Below are positions 13,113 through 26,250 of a stretch of 64,000 nt of DNA, piece by piece. The notes under the pieces are model-generated. The model was not told the origin of the DNA. It saw only the letters and a list, made by a program, of their open reading frames with translations, and did no database searches. Both the position numbers and the translations under genes were made by a program. This DNA comes from Azolla caroliniana (lineage: Eukaryota; Plantae; Polypodiophyta): positions 5,518,001-5,582,000 of the forward strand of contig JBHGNT010000012.1 of the NCBI GenBank assembly GCA_043228905.1. The letters are read 5' to 3'. How positions within the stretch are numbered: position 1 is the stretch's first letter; each line of letters opens with the position of its first letter.

Positions 13113-13353
13113 TAGGAATCGGCAATGGTTTGGTTTTGTTCTTAAATCGGTCAAAGCTTAACCAATTTGGCCAAAGGTTTAGGAATTGGTTTAAGTAAAT
13201 TGGTTTGACCCAATCTGGTTCAGTTCGGCTTGAGACTTGCCAAACCGAGCTTAAACTGGTTTATGAAGCTCAAGCCTGAGCTGAACCGCCAAATTGTTTA
13301 AGAACAGTTTAACAGCTCGGTTTAGGCTTGAACTGAGTTGTTGTTGACTCCTA
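13113..13353. mobile_element. hAT-superfamily MITE (241 bp)
   Basis: Imperfect TIRs TAGGAATCGGCAA / TTGTTGACTCCTA (10/13 match). Perfect 8-bp TSD CTTGGGAA at 13105-13112 and 13354-13361. Internal AACCG/CGGTT-like subterminal motifs. Confidence 0.88.
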
Positions 13354-16300
13354 CTTGGGAAAACCAAGAGAATAAAATCATTTATTAATTTAATTTCCTA
13401 TGAAGAGTGTTACATAACATATTTCTTACATAAACATGTCTATTTTGCAAATGTTAATAGTGCGCACAAGAAAGTTGGTTTTTATGTTTTAGGATTTTGA
13501 GTCTACTTTATTGTCTATTGAGTCATATTGTATATGACTTAAGTCTATTTCAGATTGGGAATTTGCATGAATAATTTAATAATCTCCTTTTGCATTCATG
13601 TGAACGTATTTGATTAGCATGTAGGAGTAGATAAAGAAAGTCTATATGACTATTAGACTAAAGTGTATATGGTTTTTTAAAATGTGAATACAATATTAGA
13701 TTGATGGTCAAGAGAAAGGCGTAGTCATGTGTGGCTCATGTAATTTTCTAAAGGTTGCTCCATTGTTTAAGTAGGGAGCATGTGTATGTGTATCCAACTT
13801 TGACATGCGTGCATATAGAAGAGGAACATATTTTATTACAATCCCTTAGAAATTTAGTATGACTAATAAAACCAAAATGATCGAGTGGGTGAGAGAGTGG
13901 GGGAAAGTAAGTATGTGATGCTAGGTTACAAATGTTACAAGATATTTTTAAAATAGGATATTTGAAGGCCAAGTACAAGTAAGAATCTCGAACATAAACA
14001 TTCAAAATACATATGTACATATATGAAAAACATATTTAAATGCCATAAAGACTATATCTATACTGACTTTTATGCAATTTATGATAGATGTCGTTAGCTA
14101 CACATGTACGTGGAATAATTAAAGTATTGTAGTACTCCCTATTGCAATGTATGGAGTGCACTCGTGACCTCGTCTTTAGTTCAACATGAGATCTTGTTGC
14201 TCTTATAAATGCATGTAGTGTCTTGTGAACACATTATGCCTTGTGACCATGTAGGTCTTATTTTGAACACATTGCTCTTATATTAGCACATGGGCCATCT
14301 TCTCCTCTCAAACATGTGCTTGATTTTATGTGAATGCGCAAGTTTGGTGTTGAATATACAAGTGTCATTGTGCAGCACAATATCAACAATTCTTGATTGA
14401 TGTGAGGATTTTTGAATTGTCACTTTGGTGTTGTTCCTACCATGCAATGCAAAAAACCAAGTTAACTTACCAATGTTAAAACACTTATATTAAGGCTTAT
14501 CTTTGGGCAGGGAGAGTATTGTTGATGTGGTAACTCCTTAAAGTAGGTAGTAGTTTTGCCTCTACGCAGTTCACCACGAAATTTCTAGAAAGGGCATCTC
14601 TAGATGGAGTAGATTTGGGACATGGTTTGATCATTACGTTTTTTGATCCCTTTATCTCCATGACATGGGTTAGGCGCTCCTTTGCAATTTATTCCATGTT
14701 GCCACTTGTGATGAATACCCACCATTTTAGGTACAAACGTTTGTATAGAACTTAATTGATTTATTCTAGGCTATAAGGGTGGTTGATGTTCAGTTTTTTT
14801 ATTGGTGTTCCATTCGAGATGTCATTTGAAACTGAAAATTTCATGTTTCCTTTGGATCACTCCAAGAACCTTTATATGGACTTTTTGTACTTGATATATT
14901 CTACATTGCTTATGGCCTTACTTGTCAACCGTCATCTTGCACACAAAAACCTTGTTTTTCATAGTTTTAGTGGGAAGGATAGGTTGTTTCATTGAGGTTT
15001 GCAACTTACATTTAAGAGTTTGATGGATTCCCCCATGAGTCAGTAGTTAGAATGAGGTGTTTCCTTTCTTACACATTTCTACCTTTTTCAAATCCCCTTA
15101 ACTATTAGTTTGTGGACATTCACCCATTTAGGTGTCTTTTTTGCCATAGTTTTCTCTACTAGATTCAGTATCATGCACGTGGGCACACTAATCAATTGGT
15201 TTAATTAATCTATTTTGACACCAACTTGGCCTTTGTCGTAGTTTCGAGTATCAGTTGTATCCCCATGGATAGAATGTCAAAGATGATTTTTCAATGTTGA
15301 CACACAATTATTCTTGTTTGATCATCTTTATGGGCATTTATAAATATAATTCTAGTGCTTGTGTGCTCACCTTTTTTGCACTAAACCATGTTATTATTAA
15401 AGTATTCTATGAAGATGGCCCTCATGTATGGCATGCTTTTTTCGACAATGTTCATAACTCACATGTGATTAATCCTAGAGAGAAGATCGAATTTATCTAA
15501 CTTTCTTGGAAAATTTGGAGTTCAAATAGTGTAGGTTGAACCAAACCTCAAAATAGGGCACTACCATGTTAGCGTCAATGTCGACTAAAGTTGTAACAAC
15601 TACCTTGACAATGGGAGGCAGAGGGGAACCAACTTTGGTTGCATTGCACGGTTGTCATGTTATTGACGCATATTTGTTTTTTGGTTCATTTAAGTGTTGT
15701 TTGTCTAGGTTTGAGAAGGGTGTATGGGAGACACTAGATGTTGGGCTTGTTGGTATTTGTGCATAGAATTCTACGATAGTAATAAAACACGATATGGTTG
15801 CCTCCTCTTCATTGCAACAGTTAGTGCCTATAGGATACATCCCATCTCACCATACACCACATGCAAACCCGATTCATAACATAATCGTGGTAACTGAGGA
15901 ACAAGTGCAAAACAAGTTCGATTGGTTGGGTATTAAGATTTACTACTCAATTCTACAGATGTTGCGTAATCAACTACCAAGTTTGGTCCGTTAGGTCATG
16001 TTTGACATACGAGGATGAAAATAAAATCTACTTCTCTCTCACAAAAGAGATGATATATTGAAACACCACAATACAAAACAAAACCCTAGATGTTACTACA
16101 ACAATGAGCATCTTATTGGTGTTTGTAAGACTAGTGGAAAACAAAGGCAACTTGTGTGAGGAGTTAGGACTAGGTGCTCCTAGAGCTCAATTGTGAGGAT
16201 AGCTAAATCATATACCCTTCTAGCCACACCAACCCATCACAAACACAACATAGTTTCTCATGCTTTTCTGATGCTGGCGATGTTACCATAGATGTGGGTT

Positions 16301-16688
16301 GCGAGAAGTTGCTGAATCGTTGTGTTTTTTTGTCCAGTGTATGAACCTATTGTCATTGGTGGGACTCCATTTTCCACGGAGGCAGGGCAGGCCATACAAA
16401 GGAGAAGAGAACCCATTTTCTCATACGCTAATACCCCAAGGTGGCCAAGACGCGAGTTGATATGATGGCAAGAGGGTAAAGAAAGCTCTTTGTGTGGTGA
16501 TCAAGGAGGGCCTGACCCGAGCCCGGAAGAGGGGGCAGCCAATAAAGCTATAAGAGATTTTAGCGGTTGGTCAGTTAGAACTTAGAATGTAACTAATGCT
16601 ATATAGATTGCCTCTCGAAATTCTCTATGTTGGCTCTTTAGGGATAGAGCGCTAAATTTGGAGTGGTGGTCAGGGGTATTTGTGGAAT

Positions 16689-16783
16689 TATATAAAAGCA
16701 AACCCGCCCCCATCTCGGTCTCTCTCTCTCTCTGGCTTCTTTGCATTTGAGCTTCTCTCTCCATCTTCCATTTTCTAGGGTTT
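16689..16783 (+). promoter_or_regulatory. Putative PRMT3 core promoter: TATA box, CT-rich leader, telo-box
   Basis: TATATAAAA at 16689-16697, (CT)n leader, and TAGGGTTT (reverse AAACCCTA telo-box) at 16776-16783, just before the ATG at 16789. Confidence 0.5.
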
Positions 16784-16788
16784 TGGCG

Positions 16789-19700
16789 ATGGCGTCTGCA
16801 TCAGAGCTACCTCCCCCTCCACCCGCGTTACTGAGCGATGGAGAATCAGAATCAGAAGAATCAGAAATTACCGAAGATGAAGAAGGGGACGAAGAAGAAG
16901 AAGAAGAGGAGGAGGAGGAGGAGGAGGAGGAGGAGGATGAAGAAGTTCTTTGCCTTTTCTGCACGTCTCGTTTCGCTTCCCCTTCTTCTGTTCTCCACCA
17001 TTGCTCTGTTGACCATGGGTTTGATCTCGCTCGCCTCAGAGAACGGCTTGGGTTGGATTTCTACGATTGCATGCGCCTTATCAACTATATTCGATCTCAG
17101 GTATGCGTATTTTTGTTCTTCTCTTCCATCTCTCTTGAAGATTTCTCTGTTGTTTTAAAAGTTGACTATAATGCTTGAACATAAAGCAAAAATCTCTGCA
17201 AAAAAGAACTAAATTTTATAAATTTCGAGTGAGAGACTATTGCTTTTTGTTAATCAAGTTGTATCCGTAAGTTAGGATGTGAAACAAGCAAACATTAGTA
17301 TTTTCTGTCTTTGTCTAGTGACATACCCCGAGAAATGTTAATTATTTCTGTAAAGAAGTTCATCCTCCATATTTATAGATCAAATCCTGTTTAATTCTTC
17401 ATTAAACAAACACCAGAATTTTGTGATTAATGTCAATGCCTTGTGGAAAGATCTCACAATATTTCTCTTTTGATTCTGAGGAGAATTTTGATTGGGGAAT
17501 TTTTTCCCCTTACACTAGTTGGCCTTGCTTTCAAATTTTGATCTCATGGAATAGGAAGTTATGAGAATGTGGTAAGGGCTATAGGTCTTTAGCAGAGATT
17601 ATATGTATATTTAATATAATGCTTCTTTATTCCCTTTTAAACGCTAGTTCAAAAATTCTTTGCAGTGAACGAGGACACCAGGTTTCGGAATGACAGATCT
17701 GTCGTTCTTCTTGTGATTGATTTGGGATAATAATAAAATAGATTTGAGGGTCTTTTAGTGTCAAATTTATTGATACATAAAATAGATTATTATGTTTGGA
17801 AGTACTCATTTGCATGGCTTACGATAACGTTCACTGGTTTTAGGTTGCATTGGATGCTTCATGGACTTGCGGAGGTATATTAGAGTGTGAAGCTTCTCAT
17901 CACACGAATGAGAAATGCTCTTTGGTGAAGTACCCTTGGCAAGATGATAAATATTTAACTCCTTTTCTGGAGAATGATCCATTGCTTTACGGTTTTGAGG
18001 TAGAGATGGAGGATGAGACCGAGGAGAAATTGTACTCAAATAAAGAGATTGTGTCTATGCTGGACAGCAAGGAAGTCGAAAGCTTTATGTCAATGGCAAG
18101 TCCTGAAAATAGTATAAATGATATTGTTGGATGTGTTAAGGATGAAATGAAAGGTTTAGCCATTGATAACTTGTGTAGAATTGATATTATTACAAAGACA
18201 AGCAATGGTTCATCTACATCTTTGGATAATCATGTAAATTTTGAGGCAACGCATCTTTCCTCCCTGAAAGTAGATGATGTTATGGTCACAAAGAAAATGC
18301 AGAAGGAGAACCGGAAAGTCTCTTTTGCACAAGTTGCTGCAAAAGAGAGATACAGCATTAATCAGACTTATTTCGGTTCTTACAGTACATTTGGCATCCA
18401 CAGGGAAATGCTTAGTGACAAGGTATGTCCATGTTAACTGAAGATGATGACATAAAGGTCTAGATTTATGATTAATGTATTGGTTATTTTTATCTTGACA
18501 GATTCGGACCGATGCTTATGAACATGCTATTGTGAGGAATCCATCATTGTTTGAAGATGCAATTGTCATGGATTTAGGATGTGGAACTGGCATATTAAGG
18601 TATACAATCTGTTCTGGCCTTAACTAATCAAGGAAAAATCCCGAGATAGCCTTGGATTTTGTCAAATGCCTCAGAGTTTTTTTTTGTTATTTTCCTAATG
18701 CTTGTAGTAACTCCATTTCTCATTTTTCGGGGTGAACCAGGTGCATTTGGGGAAATATTGAAAACTCAGGGGCATTTTTGGGAAAATAAATAAAGACCAA
18801 AGGGCATTTCAGAAATTTCCCCTTCATATTAACCTGTGAATATTCTAGTGAATTTGAGATCTTGGGTTTCTTTTTTTACTGCAACATCTGCAGTCTGTTT
18901 GCAGCAAAGGCTGGAGCTAAGGAGGTTGTAGCTGTGGAGGGAAGCAAAAGGATGGCTTCCATTGCTCAGCAGGTCAGAATTTGTGCTCCTCATACTTATT
19001 TGATACTTATTTCTCATATGCCCCTAATTTTCTGTGTTTTTTTTCCTAAATGCTCCCTCTTAACACCCTCTCAAACAAGGTGTGGTACTGGACATCAAAT
19101 CATCCTCTTTTCCTCACATAAGTGTGCCACTTGAGTGTAATATATCCCCTTTACCCTTTAGTTCAGGGTTTGATGTGTTTGGGGATCATTTGAGCCCATA
19201 AAGAAAAAATATGGATATCTCTGAGTGTTTTTCATTAATTTTCCATTGTATGAATGTTCATAATGTAGGATCATGTATATGTCTGTCTTTCCTTGTTGTA
19301 GATTGCTCAAGCAAATGGCTACTGTAAAGATCAGAAAGAAGGTATTGTCCGAAGAGAAAGGGAGGTGATTGATGTGGTTCAAGGAATGGTAGAAGAGCTA
19401 GATTTGAAATATGACAGGGTTGATGTGATAGTGAGTGAGTGGATGGGTTACTGTCTCTTGTTTGAATCGATGCTGAACTCTGTTATTTATGCTCGAGATC
19501 GATGGTTGAAGCCAGGGGGTGCAATTCTTCCCGACATTGCAAAGATGGTATGTTTTTTGGGAAATACCCCAGTGTTTTGGTGATCTACCAGAATACTCCC
19601 AAATTAAAAGGAATTTCACTCTGTTGAACAGATTTTACCCCTAAAGGTTGGTATTCTGGTATACCTGAAGAGATGATATAGTTGCATATGAATACAGTAT

Positions 19701-20453
19701 GTTGCAGGATTTGGAGTAGGAGGTACGAGTCTGCAATTCTGGGAAAATGTGTATGGATTTGATATGAAATGTATTGGAAAAGAAGTCCTGGAGGATGCTG
19801 CAACATCACCCATAGTGGACACAATTGAGAGTAAAGAGATAGTAACAGATAGATGTCTACTTCAAGTATTGATCTACCTTTGTTCTGATTTAATTTTTTT
19901 AAAATTTTCAACATTGTCTGATTGATCTTACTCTTAATTATGCCAGGAATTTGACCTTGTAAGTATGACTCATAATGATGTTGACTTCACATCTTCATTT
20001 GAACTACATCCAAATGCGTGTACTACATCACAAGAGTCTACAGAGGGCAAAGAATGTAACAGAAATACAATCAACAAATGTAATGGGAAAACCAATGACT
20101 GCATGTGGTGTTATGGATTGGTAATATGGTTCGATACCCATTTCACGGATCGGTTTTGCAAAGAAAACCCTGTCATTTTATCCACATCTCCTTATACACC
20201 GAAGACACACTGGTCACAAACGTTGCTAACATTTCGAGAACCGATATGTTTATCTTCTATGAAGAAATATGAAGAATATATACCTCAAGGTGGTAATGTT
20301 GGTACAGCCGACTCACCGGCAACATGCATTAAAGGTCGTATAAGCATAGCTCGAAGCTCGAGACACAGAAGTATTGATATTTCGCTCGAGACTAGTGCCA
20401 TTGGAGTGAAAGGAGTCTCACATCAATGGCCAGTGCAAATTTTTGATATGTAA
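16789..20453 (+). CDS. PRMT3: Protein arginine N-methyltransferase 3. Exons 16789-17100, 17844-18422, 18502-18599, 18894-18972, 19302-19547, 19698-19865, 19947-20453
   Basis: GT-AG splicing keeps the frame. Acidic N-terminus and C2H2 finger (CLFC...HCSVDH..., RLINYIRSQ), YFGSYSTFGIHREMLSDK, motif I VMDLGCGTGIL, double-E loop SEWMGYCLLFESML and THW loop (KTHWSQ). Confidence 0.95.
18631..18822. mobile_element. Foldback/Mutator-like MITE remnant in PRMT3 intron 3
   Basis: Long imperfect inverted repeats: 'ggaaaaatcccgagatagcc...aaatgcctcagagtttt' vs 'aaaactcaggggcattt...gggcatttcagaaatttccc'. No clear TSD. Confidence 0.5.
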
Positions 20454-23400
20454 ACTTATCCTTTCAGGAATGAAGGTTATGACTTTCTCTCTAAAATGTA
20501 AGACCTTTTGATTTCTACAAAGACTTTGTAAAATCAAAATTTTGAGGTTTACACATCATGTACGGGATTAATGAAAAATTTCTTGTTTGAGTCTTTCTTT
20601 CTAATATGCAATTGGTCAAAGTTTTGAGGTTTAATTCCATAAAGATATGTATGGACTTTTTTGTTGTCGCCTATTCTGCAGGTTTATTCTGCATTGCCAA
20701 GATTTTGAAATGCATTTATTGAGCTAGGAGATTAAGATTCATTCTACATATGCCCTAAATATTCTGACCAAGTCACATGTCTTTCCTTCTGTTTCATGTG
20801 TTAGCTTCTTTCAGAGAATGCAGGTAATTAGAATTGGAGCTACATTTTATTTGTGACCTGATGAGTTTGGGATGGTGTTTTGCATTTGTAATCAATCAAG
20901 TATTGACATTGTAGATTTTGTATAGTGCCTTGCTGCTAAGTTATATTTATTGATAGAGCACATCAACAAAAACCCCTCTAAATTTTGTTCCACCTTATAA
21001 TCATGGGATTGCACGAGACAAGAAAATGGGACACTAAAAATAACACATTTGGCATGAAGAAGGTAGCATGAATCAAAAAGAAAGAAAGCATGGGAATGAG
21101 GAACACAGTTTATGAACAAATGCATGACCAATACTTTATATAGCCATTCGTGATCATGTGGGAAACACCGTTGATTTCATTGAAAGTATGGATAGAGGTA
21201 GCTAGATAAATCTATAGATAGATAGGTGGAGATATTCTTTATTCATCTATTCTTTTCAGCCTCCCTCCACTTCTTCTTTTCTTTCTCTCTTAGTAAATCT
21301 TTAAATTTTCTTGATCACCAAATGATATAGACTCAAAGCATAGGAAACAACTCTCCTTATGTGATGTGTGTTATATGGCGATCTAGAAAACAAATGATGG
21401 ATATTTTAATGGAGAGAGGACCATATTTTGGTGAAATGAATCTCACGAGAGAAAATGATGGTGTGTAGTTTTTTAGCTTGTAAACTTCTCCAGAAGCACT
21501 ATGATATCATAGGCAAGATGTTCATGTCCATAACTTGTGGGTGTCACTCGACATGCACTCAATTATTTGCTCGTTTAAGTTGTAGGATGTCATCTATGTT
21601 GAACACCTTACTACTTGTAGCTACTAGCAACCCCAATTGCTAAACTGCCTAGCCTAAACCCACACAACATGCTCTAACTGTTTAAAGGTACCTATAAAAA
21701 ACTATAACTTTGTCGTATTTTAACCATCACAACTTCCTATTCCTAACCCTTACTAGCATTACCAATATTGAGAACATATAATCACGTCACTACTATAAAA
21801 AGCTATGCTAGAGCGTCATTCTTATTTTCTTTGAAGGACCAATTTCTTGAGCACATTAAAAAAAATTAGAAGGAAAAATCTTGCAACAAATTTTCTTTAT
21901 TTCCACGATTGCTCTTATTCACAAAATGCCCATAACCAACAATCAGAAAGAGCAATTGTGTGTCATAATTGAATACTTACATGGTCAATTCATCCTCATG
22001 TTATGTTTCTTTTCAAGGGTTAGCCATGGGCGTTCGTCAAAATAAAGGAAACTTGGGAGCATTTGTGGCAATAATGAGATATTGGGGGCTATTTTAGAGG
22101 TTTTCCACAAAAAATCATCATAATCACACATTGGGTTCCTATTTGCCCGTGTTCATTCATCCAAACATTGTTACATCAAAACATTCATCAAGAAATTGAC
22201 TTATGTTTTCGTTAGCCTTAAATGAGTATTAATATTATACAAAACATAGTTTATAAGTCTATAAATACAATTTCCCCGGTGACAAAGAAGTGAAATGATC
22301 CATTATGTAGAGAAAAACCCAACCGCCAACGCATAAAAGCTAGATGTCAAAGACGATTGATTTAACCAATAGGAAACACATTGGGAACACATCAAATTGA
22401 AAGGACCGACATAAGTGATTGATGGGTTGATGTGAAGACGAGAATACATATGTTGTCAAGTTCATCTCCATAATTTGTCGTAGTGAAAATAGGAAAGATC
22501 AATGTCAATGTAGGGATTTCGAAAATATTCTTCGATTGTGTGTGGTACCTTGGGGATGTCTTTTCTGAGCTTTAAATGGGCCTCAAAAATCCTTTACAGT
22601 AAAGAAAATAGGGGGTGAACCTTGTACCCCGTTTCTCTCTTCCCTTCCAAGGAAAATGGAGTTTAAACTCCAGTAACGAAAATAAGAGGGAACATTGTAC
22701 CCCGTTTCTTGCTTTTCTACAAAGAAGGAACTTTTACTTCTTCTGGAAGACTATTTGTTTTCGTTTGACTATAACTTGATTGATTTGTTCCTTGTTCTGT
22801 GGGTTTTCCCTCGTCTCCTTTATAGTGATGTGGGTATTCATTGATATGTCCCATATATCCGATGATTTCCGAATCACTTATTAACTTGTCTCTCTTTCTC
22901 TTATTAGTCTCTTGGTACTCAAGATGAAACAAATGGATAGATAAACAAGCGTGGTATGTATTATGTATTTATGTTTTTTTTCAGAGAAAAAATTGCCTCC
23001 CATTAGTTAGGTGAGTCACATATGTATACAAATCAGGCTATGTATACTCTAAGTATACATATTAGATACTCTACTATTTACATGTCGCTTTCATGTATAT
23101 TTGGCTATCATTGTGTGACATCTTAGATAAGAAAAGGCGGGGAAATCACTATCCACATAACAACAAACGGCAGCTTGAAAAAATCTATTATTTTCAACAA
23201 GCATCTAGACACAACTAACAAGCTTCTGAACACAACTATACTTTCATATCACCGAAAGCAATATGAGTGATTTGCTGGAAAGGGGACTAGAGCCAGTGAG
23301 GTGGTTGGAAGCACCATTTCGGATGTCCTGATGTGAAGTTCACCAATGGTGTGGTTGCCTAGACTGAGATAAATTGTTTGTGCTTGTGCCAACTCTTGAG

Positions 23401-25228
23401 ACGTTGAATCTCCCTATAGGTTTTCGAATTGTGCATGCAAGGATACAACGCTCTAAAGAATAAAAAATGTGTTTCTAGATTCTTAGTTTCAATGTTTGTT
23501 TATATGAATCTACAATGCTCTAAAGAATCAAGAATGTGTCTCCTGATTCTTATTTTCAAAAAAGTGAATCTCCCATTTCACAAGGAAGGTTGCTTTACTT
23601 CAAATATATGTTCATTCCAAATTCCAAATCTCAACAATTAATGTTGTCCATGTAGATTGTAAAGTATCTCTAATACAAAATCTTCGTCAGATTAGCAAAA
23701 GGTTCTTGCAATGAAAAAATTATACTTGCACATTTGTTCTCAAATTGAAGGATACCAAATTCCCTTACATGCATCAACTAATTTCAATGGAGATATTGAA
23801 GGTTGTACCAAGCCCATTTGAAAGATTTTGTGCCCTAAAATTGTACATCATAGTTCGAGAAGAGATTATGCATGTATTACAAGTTGCAACCATGCATATA
23901 CGAAATTTTGTATCCAACATGCAATGCCTTCACATTCAATGAGAACAATCATGTTGGCATTGAGAAGTTACTTGACATTTTAAAGAATTGCGATAGAAGG
24001 ATGTGCATGTGAACATATTGTAGGTGACGTGAGCATCGCGAACCCACAAAGAATAAATGCGGCAAAATTACATTTAATGGGTCGATCAATAATATAACAT
24101 AGGGTGTGGAGCTTATACTTGTAAAAGGAGATTGCATGATTGATATTTAATACATTGGATTATGGATCCATTGACCTATCTTTTCACCCACACTCACTCG
24201 TAGTTTATTGTCACTCTGTGTTGAACTAACATCACATCCATTATAGAACTTGATGATAATGTCACATCCATATAGAACTTGACGATAATGCTGAAAGATT
24301 AGAAACTTAACCACGACTTAATCAAGACTAAACCCTAAATTTCACCGACGACCTACTTTTTCATTTAAACTTTATCAAAATTTATTACAGGTTGTCTCCA
24401 ATAATTTACAAGTATTTCATGTGGTTATTAAATATGTAAAAGCAAACATGGTAGGTCAAGTGTAGGCCTAGGTATGGAAATGATAGTATAACGTGATCTT
24501 CTTTGGGAGCTGGAAGTTAGTTGGAAAGCGTCACAAGAGGTGCTTTAATTTCTAACATGCACCGTCTCATATCATTGTTATTGTTTTCTCATCCATCCAA
24601 ACTCTAATGCTTTTGTTCATTAACTACTAAAAAAAAGTGATAAGTGGACAAGAGTGCCTCCCAACAATATGAATGACACCAACATTATTTGATTCCTTAA
24701 TAGCTCTAAAACGATATTAGATTATTTTTTTCTCAAACCGAACTAAAGTTGACAGCTCGAAGGCATCAAACATTGTGGTAAGCATGAATGCATTTTACAC
24801 ACATTAGGCAAGTACCTGATTGCATCCATATACATATATGTGTGCACATTGTGTGTGTATGTGTGTTTGTGTCGTGTATGCTCGTGCACACTTGGGTCAA
24901 TAGAAACATGTCTATCCTTTCATTGTTTTACGAAAACCTTATTTTATGAGAGAGTAATCTCTTTGAGATTAATGACATGTCGAGGTTTTTCACTTGCTCT
25001 TTTCTCAAAAGATTGATAATGAACAAAGGATATTTTATGATTATTATTGGATCGTTCAACTTGTGGGAGTTAATGAATCTTATTTTAAAATAATCAAAGA
25101 CATAGGTAAGTGAAGATTTATGTGTAAAGCAGTGATATTTTCCACATTTGGTGAAACAAATCATTTATAGAATTAGATCTTCTCTTTCTCTCCATTCGAT
25201 AATACTTGCAAATCTTTCTCAAAATCCA

Positions 25229-25251
25229 CCCCCCCCCCCCCCCCCCCCCCC
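25229..25251. repeat. Poly-C tract (C23)
   Basis: Directly visible. Confidence 0.95.
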
Positions 25252-25469
25252 TTCAAAACCCTTGCATTGCGACAAAGTAGCAATTAATATGGCTTTCTTA
25301 GATTCAAAACATCAACCTTCCTTTTGTTGAAACCGTTAGATGTCAAGATATTAGGTACACGGTATAGAAGAGATATGTTTGACAAGTTAAAATCATATAA
25401 TTTCATTACGTTTGCGATGACAAGCTTTCATAATCATGGCTTGTTAGAATAGATTTCTAAAACAACTCA

Positions 25470-25476
<7 letters not shown>

Positions 25477-25511
<35 letters not shown>
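25477..25511. repeat. (TA)n microsatellite
   Basis: Directly visible. Confidence 0.95.
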
Positions 25512-25515
<4 letters not shown>

Positions 25516-26158
25516 AAGTTTTGTTTGGGGAGAGAGGTGCTTTCACAACTTACAAGTATGGATGATCTTTGATGCATGCTTTCTTGACTATTTAATCAAG
25601 TATGCATAATGAAATTATTCAAACATTACATAAGTGACTAGAAACAAGCATAGGCTACCCCAAGAAAATTTACATTAAAACTAATATTGTTGATGGATGT
25701 GACAATGGGCTTTGGATATTGATCAAGATGTTCTTGTTTATCATATGCCTTAAAATTGGACCATAACCCCAAATTGGCTCAAGAGTATTCGGCTAGAAAC
25801 TATTGCATTGTTTCCATCAAATAATGATTGATTGTTTGAAATCTTAGATGATTGATTACATACACACATGAATGATGCATCATATACAAAACAATAATTA
25901 GAAGAAAAAAAATTAAAAGCAACCCATACATACAAACTTTTGTCACAATAATCACATACTCCTAGTCCGAAACATATCTCTCTATATTTTTCTAGATGTT
26001 TGGAACAATGTTTGTTTTATTTAATGAACATATATATATATCTATAAGAGCAATATCTACATATAATTTTTGTTTACCTAGACATTTATTATTGCTAAAC
26101 TACATTATGTTTAGGAGATACAATGTGAAGATGGTATATCTTAGAGATGGTATCCCCT

Positions 26159-26160
<2 letters not shown>

Positions 26161-26246
<86 letters not shown>
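26161..26246. repeat. (CA)43 microsatellite
   Basis: Directly visible. Confidence 0.98.

Positions 26247-26250
<4 letters not shown>

Noticed and set aside
14600-16100. Possible ancient LINE ORF1 remnant on the minus strand
   Set aside because: Only a weak, frameshifted 'VKID..KP'-like hint; not enough to call without a profile search.
16638-16964. Poly-Ser antisense ORF, and the shadow ORFs over the OVATE gene
   Set aside because: Reverse or alternate-frame readings of the GAA/GAG tracts in real genes.
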